Positions 27,545 through 40,593 of a DNA stretch of 64,000 nucleotides are shown one piece after another; position 1 is the first letter of the stretch; every line of letters starts with the position of its first letter. The translations under genes were made by a program, and so were the position numbers. The notes beneath the pieces were generated by a model. The model saw nothing but the letters and a program-made list of their open reading frames with translations. It made no database searches and was not told the DNA's origin. Source of the DNA: Octopus sinensis (taxonomy: Eukaryota); contig NC_043008.1 in NCBI RefSeq assembly GCF_006345805.1, forward strand, positions 43,152,001 to 43,216,000, read 5' to 3'.

Positions 27545-27763
27545 ATATTCTTTTCTACTCAAGGAATAAGGCCCGAATTTTTTAGAGAGGGGGCCAGTCG
27601 ATTAGATCGACCCCAGTACGCAACTGGTACTTAATTTATCGGCCCCGAAAGAGTGAAAGGCAAAGTCGACCTCGGTGGAATTTGAACTCAGAACGTAAAG
27701 ACAGACGAAACACCGCAAAGCATTTCGCCCGGTGTGCTAACGTTTCTGCCAGATCGCCACCTT
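27545..27763 (-). mobile_element. SINE family A, near full length
   Basis: GAAAGGCAAAGTCGACCTCGGTGGAATTTGAACTCAGAACGTAAAGACAGACGAAA...CATTTCGCCCGGTGTGCTAACG. Confidence 0.9.
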
Positions 27764-28217
27764 ACCAAGCAAAAAAAAAAAAAAAAAAATTAAATAAGGC
27801 TCCTTCATTGGAATTTCAACATCAACTACAGGGTATTTTTGTATGTATGTATGTATGTATGTATGTATGTATGTATGTATGTATGTATGTATGTATGTAT
27901 GAATGTATGTATGTAGATCTGTATGTTTTATTTTATGTATGTATTCTCATACATATAACTTCATATCTAGACATGCTCATATATATTTAAATGATAAACT
28001 TTAGGAAAGTTTTACAGAATTTTACAGTTCCAGTGATGGATTGGATCTGTAGTCTTCGAACTAGCTTTCTACTTTCTGGTTTTGAGGAACCTTATTTCTC
28101 AAGATTATTATTTAGGCGATGTATTACATATCCCAGTTCCCAAATAATTACAGGTATAAACCTGAACTTGTAATTTGTATAGAATGGCTGTAGATTGCTC
28201 CAACGTAGATATTCTTT

Positions 28218-28400
28218 CTTTCACTGATCTTCATCTTCATGTATGTATGTATGTACATATGCATGTGTGCATGTATGTATGTATGTACATATGCATGTGT
28301 GCATGTATGTATGTACATATGCATGTGTGCATGTATGTATGTATGTATGTATGTATGTATGCATGCATGCATGTATGTATGTATGAATGTGTGTATGTAT
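28218..28400. repeat. (TATG)n with three recurrences of TACATATGCATGTGTGCA (28-32-bp higher-order unit)
   Basis: direct reading. Confidence 0.85.
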
Positions 28401-28654
28401 GTATACGAAAATGAGAAGTGAGGATTCGTGCCTGGGCATATTCCTCTGTATATTTGAATGAGGAATCTTCTGAGATTATCGATCTACGACTCGGGAATTG
28501 AAGATAAACCAATACCGATTAGTTGTTAACACTCATCGAAAACTGTCGGGTCAATCCTCATTCCAAGTAGCCGAAGAGGACCTCGTGGAGCCTAATTTCA
28601 CTCTGGAAATACATCCGCACGTACAATACATCAATAACTACCTACACACGTACT

Positions 28655-28699
<45 letters not shown>

Positions 28700-30469
28700 T
28701 GTGTGTGTGTGGTGTGTGTGGTGTGGTGTGTGTGTACAGATACCTACACACACCGTGTGCACACATATGTATGAATTTCATTGAAGTGTATAATGGTAAC
28801 TATATAATGAGAAATTTTAGTTTGGTCGAACATTGGTAGTTGTGCATAGGCAACTCTCTTATCGTGTGTGTGTGTTTGTGTGTGTGTATTTGTGTGTGTG
28901 TGTGTTTGTGTGTGTGTGTTTGAGTGTGTGTGTGTGTCTGTACACAAGCATCTCGAAAGTAAATAGACGTCTTCAGTGTTGAAAGATTTATTTCTAGAAC
29001 AAAATAATATTTGACGCATTCTTAATTCTTAATGTGGTGTTTAGTAGACACGATACCGTGTGAAGCTTTTCTCTAATGATTTAACCCGTTTGAGCACCAT
29101 GCCAATGAAGAATAACTACACAGACAGAGCCGTGTAATGAGACGTGTCTATTTAATTTTGAGCTGTTTGTGTATATATATATACGTATACATACATACAT
29201 ACAACATACATACATACATACATACATACATACATACATACACATACGGATACACATACGCCACACAGAACACACATCTTAGGAGAAGAAAGATAAGCTG
29301 TGGTACATAATCTCTGTATTTTGTTATTCCCACTTGTTGATTCTCGTAGATATAGCCATAGCACCGACTACCTGCCAAGTTGTTGAGCATTGTCAGTGAA
29401 TCACTATCTGGCTTGGATGAAGTAATATATAACAGCCTATCTAAATCTATACATTCACGCACATGTACATACTTATAAATAGGCCTAAGGGGACTGCCAT
29501 ATTTTCGTTTTAACTGTTTTATCGGTTTTTTATATATTTTCCAATGCACGGATCCATAGAGACTGCGCAGTCCCACACAGCTACAATATGTCAATGATAA
29601 AATCCCGACTTGGAAGAATATTTAGGGTTTCATCCACAAAGGAAACATTAAATAAATAACTGCACAGAATGAATCAAGAACTAATAATCAACGGATATTC
29701 TAACTTACCAATTCACTGAAGTATGTTGATACAAATAAAATGCTACAGTAACAAGAGACGTTACAAGCGTCAGAAATACACGAACCATGCGCGAAGAATA
29801 CTATAAGAATCAAATTTATTCCAACTATAGAACAGACAAATTTATCATTAATAATCTCAGAGAACGGAACAAAAATATTTCGCTCCAAATTGTAAGCTGA
29901 CGCTAATAATGCAATCGAGAAGGACTGAAAGCTTAACCCGGTTTATGAATAATAAGTCATGTGTATATATAAACTTACAACAAACTGAAAAGATCAACGT
30001 GATTTGCAAATTCGAATTGAAAAGTGAAAGTTGGAAACTTTACGATTCTTATACATGTATATATGCATGTATAATGTATATATGCATGTATAATATCGAC
30101 CATACAAATGCGGCACTTTTCGTAGACTCACTCTGTCATGTTCTTCTAGCAATGTGCACAAGTAGCATACTATGTCGTGCAACATACAGAGCAAACTGGA
30201 TAGAAAAACATTAGTCAACAACACATCGATACTATTTAGGATTTTCTACGAAACAGAAGATTAATGATGGAAGCAACACAGAAAATATAACACAAAATAA
30301 ACATGTTTCTGATGACATATAAATTCCATGGTCAAACGATAGTGTTTGTATGCTTGCCATAAAAGAGCCAGGTACACACGAAGATACATCATATCCTGAT
30401 GATGGGTAAGTGAAAGTCTAAGATCTTTGAAAATGTATTTAGAACCACAATTGCATTGTTGAACATATC

Positions 30470-30514
<45 letters not shown>

Positions 30515-30785
30515 CATTATGCTTGAATGTGTGCATGTATTGTTAATTTACTGGTCTTTATTTTCATCAAATCTCATTAAACTACACTCTGCAGTCTAAA
30601 AAAAAAAAATGAAACGACATCTTGGATAGTGTAGTACTACAAGTCTCCATCAAACTAGATGTCCATGACTGGAACGCCTTCGATTCTAAATATGCAAAGC
30701 ACACTGGGTGAGGTGTATAACTTAAACAACAATATTCACGACAATTTCGATACTTTTCTCATTTTCTTGTCTCTTTCTGATACGC

Positions 30786-30851
<66 letters not shown>

Positions 30852-33800
30852 CATACCAGTGATTTGCAGAATTTAATATATTCCCCTTTAACAATTTCTC
30901 AATGATATTTCACCGCCTGCCACGTTGAAATTAATTCTACACAATTTTCATTGCATACAGAATTTATCTTTACCAGTGGACGCCATTTTAAATATTTACA
31001 TCAAGATAATTTACAAGTAAAGTGTTTTGACGATGGCTACAATACAGTATCTGTCACAGTCTCTATCAAACACTAGACTCCCTTTAGGCCTCCTTCACTT
31101 GCAGCTTTGCACAATAAATTTCGATAATCGACTTCAGTGACTATTAGAGCAGAAAGGATAATTCAGAACGCCATGAAGAATGCTATTTTGTTATGCCATT
31201 ACAAATAGCATATTCCAGAAACTCATTCACTCTTTCTCTCTCTCTCTTTCCTTCTCTATCAAATAAAATATACAATATGTATATATGCATGTATAATTGT
31301 ATTCTCGAAAGTAACACATAAGCATAAACACATATTTGTGAATATAGGTTGGGGTGACTCTGATGCTGTATACTTAAGGCGTGCATATATTACCTCCCCT
31401 TGGATCGTTTTGCACGCGCAGAGTCATATATATAATGCGTACCTCTACAAATACATGCATATTTATCTTTATATGCGTATTTGTGTGTGTATGTATATAT
31501 ACATACATATATATATAAATATATATATATATATAATATATATATATATTATATATATTATATATATATATATATATTAATAAATAGCATACACACACAC
31601 ACACACACACACTTTATTTGTGAGATAACAAGGTTGTCAATGGTTTCATGTCAGAGGAATTTGTTAACCCACAAATAACGAATGTTTATCCACCAATGCA
31701 GTGTTGAGTCCTCATTCTCACTGGTCGATATTACTCTGTGTGTGTATATATATATATGTATATATATGTATTACCATACTGGTTAAAGGCAGCTATTTGC
31801 AAAAATCTAATATTAATGGCCTTATAAATACAAGTTTGGCAGAGTGTCACAAATTAATCTTTCAATCTTTATGCAGATGTTTTAAGCATAATTTCAGCCA
31901 GAATATGAAAATGGAGCGAACCATGTCTCCAAACGGTCAAAATCTACCGTACGAGGGAAAAAAACAAAACAAAAAAACTACATTTTTTTTTCGAATATGA
32001 TTGACGTAAATTAAATAAATATGTAATAGAGATTAGGAAAAATAGAAATTACTGACTCTGTAAGAGACCGAAGTCCTGCCGTGAAGAAGCTTGGCAAGCT
32101 AAAAAAACTGTTGAGCGAGAAATTGTTATGAAAAACAATCTGACAAAAGATTCGTTCATTCATAAAAGGAATGAGCGAGATATATAGGAATGGTTTCTTT
32201 TAGTAAACTGGTATAATGCTGATAGCAGCATCAGACATCTTCTTTTACCAAATGCCGCATATCATATGACGTTTCAAGAAGAGAAGCTGTAGCAAAAGCT
32301 AACAGCGGTCTCTCAGCATGGCCGCAGTTCTCCAGTTAAAGAGTTGAAGAATTATTTAGATTTGAATAGAGTCAGCGTGAATTACGGGAGGAATATTAAA
32401 CTTCGCTTCTCTAATCAACAATAAGGTAGAAGGCTTCTTCGGTGGTGGCTGTCATGCTTGGATTTCTGAACTGATATTCGTTCGGAATGCTGTATAGTCT
32501 GAAATTCGAATTTGTGTATATTTAAGTCTTTCTTTCATAAAGACTTACATATACACAGATCCATGGTGAAGATATGTTTGCAAAGTGAAGACAACGAGGC
32601 AAGAACCTTCACACAGATATACTACGAGTCCTTTTATCAATCGCCCCAACAATTCTGCCTCTGCACCACCTTACACTGTGGCGTTCTTATGACAATGTTT
32701 CGATGTGTCATACAATGAGGACCAATTCTCAATACTAGAAACTCCGCATTACTTTGGTAGATGTGAAAGTTACTGTAAAATGTAGCTATGTGTACAGTGT
32801 ATATCAATTATTCTTTCATAAAAATAATGTTGATAGTGACTTCGAAGTTTCGGGTTGCTTAGCACTCATCGGTTTGTGCATCTATATCAGGTGTATTATT
32901 ATAGATTTCAATATCTTGAATGTGTATTCGCCCATAGTCAAGAAAGTATGGATGTGAAGTTAGGAAGTTGGTTTGACGAATGCGTGGATCGATCCGACTG
33001 TTGAAACTACGTACCCTGGCTAAGTATATTTTGCCATTGCTTTGAGTCAACCGAAGACTCACGAGAAAAATGTTGGTTGACTGAGAGTCTGAAATCTGGT
33101 CGGGAGGTTAATGTTGTGTGACACATTCCATCTCTGGACTGTTTTTACTTCATCACCTGGAGTTTCGATGTCTCTTAACAGAATTCACTTCGTTGTCAGC
33201 ATTAAAGTTAGATTTGCAGCCTGAGGAGAAGTTTTTCCTTTCCTTCCTACAATGTCAGAGGCCCCTATTGCATGGGCATTTCTTCATCCTCTCACTAAAC
33301 CATAGACAGAATCAATATCACGAAACACAGACACACATACGCGCACACATTCGTACGTACAATGGGCAACACATCACCATATCTGCCAAACACGTAGAAA
33401 CATACATGATCATGTGTAACAACAGACTTAAATGAAAGCCAGAAAATGCTGGCTTTCTTTCGGAAAAGAGCAGAGCAAACTGACTCACGTCCTCCAAATC
33501 CAGTTGGTTAATAATACAAGGGATATTGGTAAAACATTCCAAACTTTCTCCATTTGAATTACCTGCAATGAAGAAATATACATAAAAATGTATGCGTATA
33601 TAACACACACACACACTCACGCACACACTCACACGGACACACACATACAGAGAGTAATTTGACGAATTTGTGCATGAAAGGGAGGCGTATACTCAATACA
33701 GAAGTGCAACTCTGTCACTACACACACACACACACACACACATATATATGACCGACATATATACACACTAAACAAGTGACATATTCACATACACTTAAAA

Positions 33801-33909
33801 TTGTGACTCAAACAAAAATATTTATATAGGCGTGGCTTCTCATCCACATGGTTCTGGGTTCAGTCCCGCCCGCTGCGTAGCACTTTGTACAAATGTGTGT
33901 TCATACATA

Positions 33910-33993
<84 letters not shown>

Positions 33994-34290
33994 CACATAC
34001 ATTCATACTTCTGTAAATGTCAATATATAGCTATATATGTTCAGGTATCTATCTATCTATCTCTATATATAAATTGAATAAATTGATTAACAGGAAGGAG
34101 AATTCTTTTCTCTATAATTTAATATAGATAATATCTTTCATTATCAATTGAATTACTTAATAGAGGTTATTTCTCTTAATTATTATATACATATATTATA
34201 TATTGTGAAATTTGAATTAGTATTGCTAAATTGAATTTTTCCCTGTAAGTTTGGAATTTTATATTCCCTACTATTATTATATATATATAT

Positions 34291-34323
34291 TTGCATTAGC
34301 CTTCGTACATAACTGCTCTTATC

Positions 34324-34383
<60 letters not shown>

Positions 34384-34416
34384 GATGAGAGCAGTTATGT
34401 ACGAAGGCTAATGCAA
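34291..34416. repeat. 126-bp palindrome centred on (AT)27
   Basis: TTGCATTAGCCTTCGTACATAACTGCTCTTATCTGC / GCAGATGAGAGCAGTTATGTACGAAGGCTAATGCAA, 1 mismatch in 36 bp. Confidence 0.95.
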
Positions 34417-34498
34417 AAGTGCATGATGAACAGTTTAAGAAAATAAAAGTTCTCTGTTAATTCGATTTCATTGGGAGTTTTGTAGGACTCAACAATTA

Positions 34499-35770
34499 TC
34501 AGGTCATCCCATAAGTTCTGTCCGATTTTATCGCTTTTAAAATTCAATGAAATTTAATGGTATTTTAGAATGTCTAATGGAATTAACAATTATTTTTATG
34601 CATCTGTGTACATTTAAACTAATTAATTATTATTTTACAGAATGATAGAATAAAAATTTCTTTGATTGAAACCATTTCTAACATGGAAGTATCCAAAGAG
34701 CATTTGAGGCACATAATGCTTTATGAGTAAAGAAAAAGGAAACTCTGCAACCGAAGCGACTCGAAATATATACTCAGTTTATGGGAAAGAATGCTTGAAT
34801 GAAAGAAGTTGCAGAAGATGGTTTGCAAAATTCAGAAGTGGAGATTTCAGCCTTGAAGATGAAGATCGAACAGGATGGCTAGTTGAGTTTGATGATAAGC
34901 TCCTTGAGGCATTACTTGAAGAAAATCCTGCATTATCAGTTGAAGAATTGGCAATAAAGCTTAGTTCAAACCATACAACTGTTCATCGTCATCTTCAACA
35001 ACTTGGAAAGGTTCCTAAACTTGGAAAATGGGTGCCTCATGAATTGTCTGAAAGCAACCGCAAATCTCGAGTTGACATCTATTCTTCTCTCCATTCTCGC
35101 AAACTCATTTCACCCTTTTTGGATTGACTTGTGACTGCTGACGAAAAATGGATCTTCTATCGAAATGTTAAACGTCGTAAACAGTGGCTTGGTGAAAAGG
35201 AAAAAGCTCAACCACAACCGAAAAATGATTCTTCTCTCTATCTGGTGGGATTGTAAAGGAATAATTCACCCTGAATTGTTACCACCTAATGCAATAATCA
35301 ATACTCAAGTCTACTGTCAGCAATTAGAACATTTGAACCAAGCTTTGAAGAAAAAAAGACCCTCTTGAGTGAATTGAAAAGAAGTGATGTTTCATCAGGA
35401 CAATGCGCGATCCCACACTGAAAAGATTACATCACAGAAGCCTGAAGAACTTGGATGGGAAAAAATTCCTCACCCACCTTATTCTCCCGACCTTTCTCCT
35501 TCAGACTACCATTTGTTTCGTAGTTTACAGAATCATTTGGGGGACATAAGTTTCGCAAGCGAGGAGGAAGTCGAAATTGATATTTCAGAGTCCTTCGCTT
35601 TGAAACAAAAATAGTTTTACATTGGTGGGATTAAAAAGAGTGTAAATAGATGGAAGCAATCCATAGATAATCAGGGAAAGTACATTGATGATTAAATTTC
35701 AATTAAATATAATATTTGATCACTTGTTTTCTTTATTCAAAATTCAGACAGAACTTATGGGTTGACCTGA
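34499..35770 (+). mobile_element. full-length mariner DNA transposon (D,D34D; Hsmar1/cecropia-like), defective
   Basis: TIRs TCAGGTCATCCCATAAGTTCTGTCC / rc TCAGGTCAACCCATAAGTTCTGTCT, TA TSD both sides, 1272 bp. Confidence 0.95.
34683..35695 (+). pseudogene. mariner transposase pseudogene (stops and frameshifts)
   Basis: MEVSKEHLRHIMLYE*, RRWFAKFRSGDFSLEDE, WVPHEL, TADEKW, LSIWWDCKG, HQDNAR, HPPYSPDLSPSDYHLF; 34 residues between 2nd and 3rd Asp; ends YIDD*. Confidence 0.95.
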
Positions 35771-36626
35771 TAATACATATTGACGTTTAAAGCAAGGCCC
35801 TGGTAACTCTAGGTTTTCAGAGTCTAATCTCCCTTCGTTTTTGACCAGATCTTTTATTGAAGACACTGAAACAATTGCAATGGCGTCCATTTTGCACTTC
35901 ATTGTTATCTACGATTGCATTGATCTTCTCTTTTTAAACCAAAACGATGTGTATTGTAGTTGTGCTGCTATTTCTAGGATGCGGAATGACCACGTGGAGG
36001 CTCCCTCGCTGATGTTATTTTAGATGTTTAAGGAATCTCCGTATATCTGTGGCAGGAATTCGTTTAAATTGTCAACTTCAATTCATGTAACGTAAACACC
36101 ATGCGTTGATATGACATTTGCAATGTGTTTACAAATAGTGTTTAGAATAAGAAATAAGCTACGCATAAAGTGTGCTACTCTGTTAATAGAATAAGAAAAT
36201 GAAGCCAGAGGAAAAAGAGAATAACGGGAAAAAATGTCACAGTTTTTTTATAGGAAAGTCAAGGAGAGGGAAAAGCTATCAAAATTCATTTAGATACTAT
36301 AAATACTGGATTAATTAAATAAATAATATTTTAACGGTAAATATTTAACTAGTTTGGATTCAAAGATAAACAATTCAATAAACATGACTTTTGGCTGTAA
36401 TTATTTAAAAATGTTAACTAATTTTTGAAATATTTAAACAGGCGCTAGCAGGGTTTTCTGGCTAAGAGATTCGCTTTGCAACTACGTCGTTTTGAGTTCT
36501 ATTTCACTCTGCGGTATCTTGGTCAATTGTTTTCTACAATAGACCCGGGAGTCGATCAATGTCTTGTGAGTGAATTTGGTAGGCAAAATCTGTCTAGCAG
36601 AAGCTTTTCATCTCTCGATTTCTCTA

Positions 36627-36676
<50 letters not shown>

Positions 36677-36757
36677 AGTGTGTGTGTATGCGTGTGTATG
36701 TATGTGTGTGTGTATATAGTTGTGTGTGTATAGTGTGTGTGTATAGTGTGTGTGTAT

Positions 36758-36957
36758 ACAAGAAAAAAGAAAAAACAAAACAAAACAAAAGACGAAGACG
36801 GATGTGTAAACAACATACAGATGTATTAGTTTAATGCCTGGGAATTGAGAAAGTCTTTTACGTTTCGAGCCTATGCTCTTCAACAGAAAGGAACACAGAA
36901 ATAAGCAGAGAGAGTAAATAAAAAAAAAGGTTTAGTGGCTAGCGATCAATCATGGCG
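36758..36957 (-). mobile_element. family H1 copy c
   Basis: homologous to 7326-7522; same CATGGCG boundary. Confidence 0.85.
36855..36890 (-). ncRNA. minimal type I hammerhead-like fold, variant core CUGUUGA
   Basis: CTTT-CTGTTGA-A-GAGC-ATAG-GCTC-GAAAC-GTA-AAAG: 4-bp stem I, 4-bp stem II, palindromic ACGT stem III. Confidence 0.6.
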
Positions 36958-37162
36958 AATCAGTAAGAATTATATATGTATATATATGCCTTTGCATGGA
37001 TTTATGGTTTTTGTGATTGCGTTTTGTCCCTTCCCCGACTGCTTGACAACCCATTCGACCTTTTCTTACCCGTAACTTAGCACTTCGGCAACAAATAAGT
37101 ACGTGGGTCGATTTCTTCAAGGCGGTACCCTTGCATGGTCACAGTTCAGGGATTAAAACATG

Positions 37163-37238
<76 letters not shown>

Positions 37239-37283
37239 GTCCCCCTGTGTGGTTGATTTCCTGTATAGTATTCTTTTTATTTT

Positions 37284-37531
37284 CTCGTTTTGTAACTAAT
37301 TGTACTTTTTGTACATGTATTTTTATTTTTGCAGTTTTATTGTTTGTCTATGCCAGAAAAAAGGCTTTTTCGTTCGTCCTCTTGTGTGTTTGTTTTTGTA
37401 CATGTATCTCGTTTTGTAACTAATTGTATTTTTTGTACATGTATTTTTATTTTTGCAGTTTTATTGTTCGTCTATGCCAGAAAAAAGGCTTTTTCGTTCG
37501 TCCATTTGTGTGTTTGTTTTTGTACATGTAT
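37284..37531. repeat. 124-bp tandem duplication within a T-rich element flanked by (TA)n
   Basis: CTCGTTTTGTAACTAATTGTA starts at 37284 and 37408. Confidence 0.9.
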
Positions 37532-38126
37532 TTTAATTTTGTAGTCTTATTGTTACGTCTTGTTTGTGTTCGTACTCATTTTGCCCCGCTGCTTGGAATT
37601 TTATTTTAATTCTCTCGCAGGAAGGCCTATTGGATTAGTGTTCTGTTATGCCTTCGAAACATGCCTGACTCCTCTAGCGACAGCTGATGACGGGGGTTTT
37701 GTCCTTGTGTAGCTCGTCCTGTATTTGTTTTTCGTTTTCTTGTTTTTCGTTTTCCGTTTTCTTGTTTTTTGTTTTTTGGCTTTTTCCGTTTCTACGTCTT
37801 ATTGTGATGTCCTGTACTCCCGTATAATTATTTATATATGCATGTATATATACATGTAGATGTAGGTACGTACATATATGTTTGTATGTATGCATATATT
37901 TTTATTTATCTCCTTATATATATATATATATTTATATATAATAAATATATATATACATATATACATACATATTGAGAATAATAAGGTAGTCAGAATAGTG
38001 AATGATAATATTTTTATTTACATTTTGAGCACTTTCTTCCGTTACCGGATTTAACAAAAAATTGGTTTATTGTAAGTGTGCTTCGCCTTCTTATATAAAA
38101 TTGAAACTGATGATGTTTTAGAAAGG

Positions 38127-38182
<56 letters not shown>

Positions 38183-38399
38183 GGGAGAGGCAGAGAGAGA
38201 AAGAGAGAGAGGGGGAGGGACAGTGAGGAACAAATTACAAAGGAAGGTGCAGGGATGAGAGAGGAGGATAGAGTGGGAGATAGTGAAGACAGAGAAATGA
38301 AAAGAAAGTAGGAGTGTATTTTGGGATTGTATACGATTGTTTTACGTTGGGTTTGCGAAGGAAGGGAAAAGAAAGAAGCAAAAGGAGGGGAAGATAAAG

Positions 38400-38750
38400 G
38401 CAGCGTGGCTTTTGTATCAGTGTGGTCAAACTTTGTTTGATTAGGATTCAGTATCTTTTTTTCCCATTTAGTGATCTTTTGGGTTGTAAAGAAAAGAAAT
38501 TTTTGTATTCAAGTGGTCAAAGTTTTTAATTGGAAAACCAGATGTTGTTTCTGATTTTCCCCAGCAAGAATTATGATTATGTTTCAACGTCTTGTTTTGT
38601 ATTCATTAATGTAAGGGAGAGAGAATGGTTGTATAAATGTTGTCATTTTTGTTTTATTAATATTCCAAATGTTGTTTTTAATTTAGCCGTGTATGGCTAT
38701 GTTTGTGAAAGAGTGGTTTTTAGTGATTGTTAGTGATTTAAGTAAGTGTA
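38400..38750 (-). mobile_element. possible L1/Tx1-like LINE 3' relic
   Basis: strong strand skew; frameshifted LLGKIRNNIWFS..KTFDHLN resembles L1/Tx1 C-termini. Confidence 0.3.
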
Positions 38751-38894
38751 GTTATGATCTTAAATGCAATCTCGAAAATGTTTAAGTGTGGAAAAATGTT
38801 TCTCAATTATAAATATGATCTGAGTCTAGAAAAAGGCGAGGGGGAATATATATATGCGTATATATGTCAATATGTTCATTGCAACCGCGTATTA

Positions 38895-39255
38895 TCTCTT
38901 ATTTGTTTCAGTCATTTGACTGCGGCCATGCTGGGGCATCGCCTGGATTGAATAAATCGACCGCAGGACTTATATTTGAAGCCTAGTACTTACTCTATCG
39001 ACCCTTTGGTCGAATCGTTAGGTCTCGGAGAAGTAAACGCACTATCACCGGTTGTCAAGCGCTGGTGGGGGACAAACAGACACACACACACATATACGTA
39101 TGCACACACACACACACACATGATGGATTTATTGCAGTTTCCGTCTACCAATCCACTCCCTTTTGTCGGCCCGAGGTCATAGTAGAAAATACTTGACGAA
39201 GGTGCCACGCAATGAGTTGGAGCCGGGAAGCAAGCTTCTTACCACACAGCTACGC
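38895..39255 (-). mobile_element. SINE family B
   Basis: TTTCAGTCATTTGACTGCGGCCATGCTGGGGCA ... CAGTTTCCGTCTAC ... CTTCTTACCACACAGC. Confidence 0.85.
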
Positions 39256-39439
39256 ATTTGCCTATATTTTCATTTATTTGTATTCGTTTATCGGAGATTT
39301 ATTCTTGTCATTTCCTTATCGCGTTTTGGATACCAGTCATAGAAACACCGCAATTAATTTCTAATTAGTCGGAGGCGACTAAAAACGTCATTTATGAACT
39401 TCATGTATATCTGGTTATCATACATACACCCCCACCCAG

Positions 39440-39476
<37 letters not shown>

Positions 39477-39489
39477 ACACACACACATA

Positions 39490-39530
<41 letters not shown>

Positions 39531-39905
39531 AATAAATGTTTTTATATATAAAGAACGTGAAATACAGGAAGGGACGAACACGGAACACAGACAAATCATT
39601 CGAAGCCTTCAATCTTCAGTCAGACACCGAATCATCATAGCAAATTTCGGCTGTTCAATTCTGATATTTGGCGCAAAACCATAAACAATAACGAAGTAGA
39701 CTCAATTGCAAATGAAAGTGACGAGGACTTCATTTCACGAGAGCAAGTATAGCTATACTCTAATATGCATACACGCACACGTGCACACACATGCAGAAAC
39801 ACGCCTATTGATCGATTCACATATGAGCAAAACCAAAATGTTGTCTGGACACTTTGTTAGTGACCATATATACATACATGCATACATGCAAATATACATA
39901 CATGC

Positions 39906-39942
<37 letters not shown>

Positions 39943-40310
39943 AAAGCAATTAAGATTCAAGTCAGTTCTAATGAATTCACTTGAATGCGGTACTTAACTT
40001 AGATGCACCAGAAAACTATATGGTGTTAACCATACAGTAATGTGGGGTGATTATAAACGAGAAAGAAGCAACAAGAATGGCTTAGTTTTTAGTACAATTG
40101 TTTCATACAAAGACAGGCTTTATTAAAAGTTGCAAATATTGCAGCAGATAAAAGTGTCCCGTACTCATCAGCTAAAACACATATGAGTTCTCCAACATAC
40201 TTAAAATGAGGGTGGAAAATTGAATATTAATTTCATTAATATGAATTTAAAACCAGTGGTCTAGCATATTAAAATCAGAAGGTTCAGAAAATTATATTAC
40301 ATATATATAA

Positions 40311-40435
40311 GAGGGGTGACCACAACGTGGACAACCCTTTGGCGTTTGCCGAATTTTCTTGAGAACATTTCTTAGTGGTAAGACCATAGCTGATCTACTT
40401 CTAGCATAAGGGTTGTTCACGTTGTGGTCATCCGT

Positions 40436-40436
<1 letters not shown>
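40311..40436. mobile_element. 126-bp TIR-bounded (MITE-like) element in (TA)n
   Basis: TGACCACAACGTGGACAACCCTT (40317-40339) / AAGGGTTGTTCACGTTGTGGTCA (40408-40430), 1 mismatch; TA runs outside. Confidence 0.7.
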
Positions 40437-40470
<34 letters not shown>

Positions 40471-40491
40471 TATGTATGTAATATATATATA

Positions 40492-40545
<54 letters not shown>

Positions 40546-40558
40546 GGTGAAAGGAGAG

Positions 40559-40593
40559 AATTTGACGCTTCGAGCATAGATCTTCGTCGGAAA
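40559..40593 (-). ncRNA. degenerate hammerhead-like fold, family H2 (CCGACGA core)
   Basis: TTT-CCGACGA-A-GATC-TAT-GCTC-GAAG-C-GTC-AAA. Confidence 0.4.

Larger units (their letters stand above)
36440..37165 (+). mobile_element. decayed SINE family B interrupted in its internal microsatellite by family H1 copy c
   Basis: SINE head ~36440-36600 and 3' half ~37000-37165 flank (TA)/(TG)n and the 36758-36957 insert. Confidence 0.65.

Noticed and set aside
30366-30405. plus-strand micro-exon ending at GG/GTAAGT
   Set aside because: Poor acceptor (AAAAG, no pyrimidine tract); no supporting partner exons
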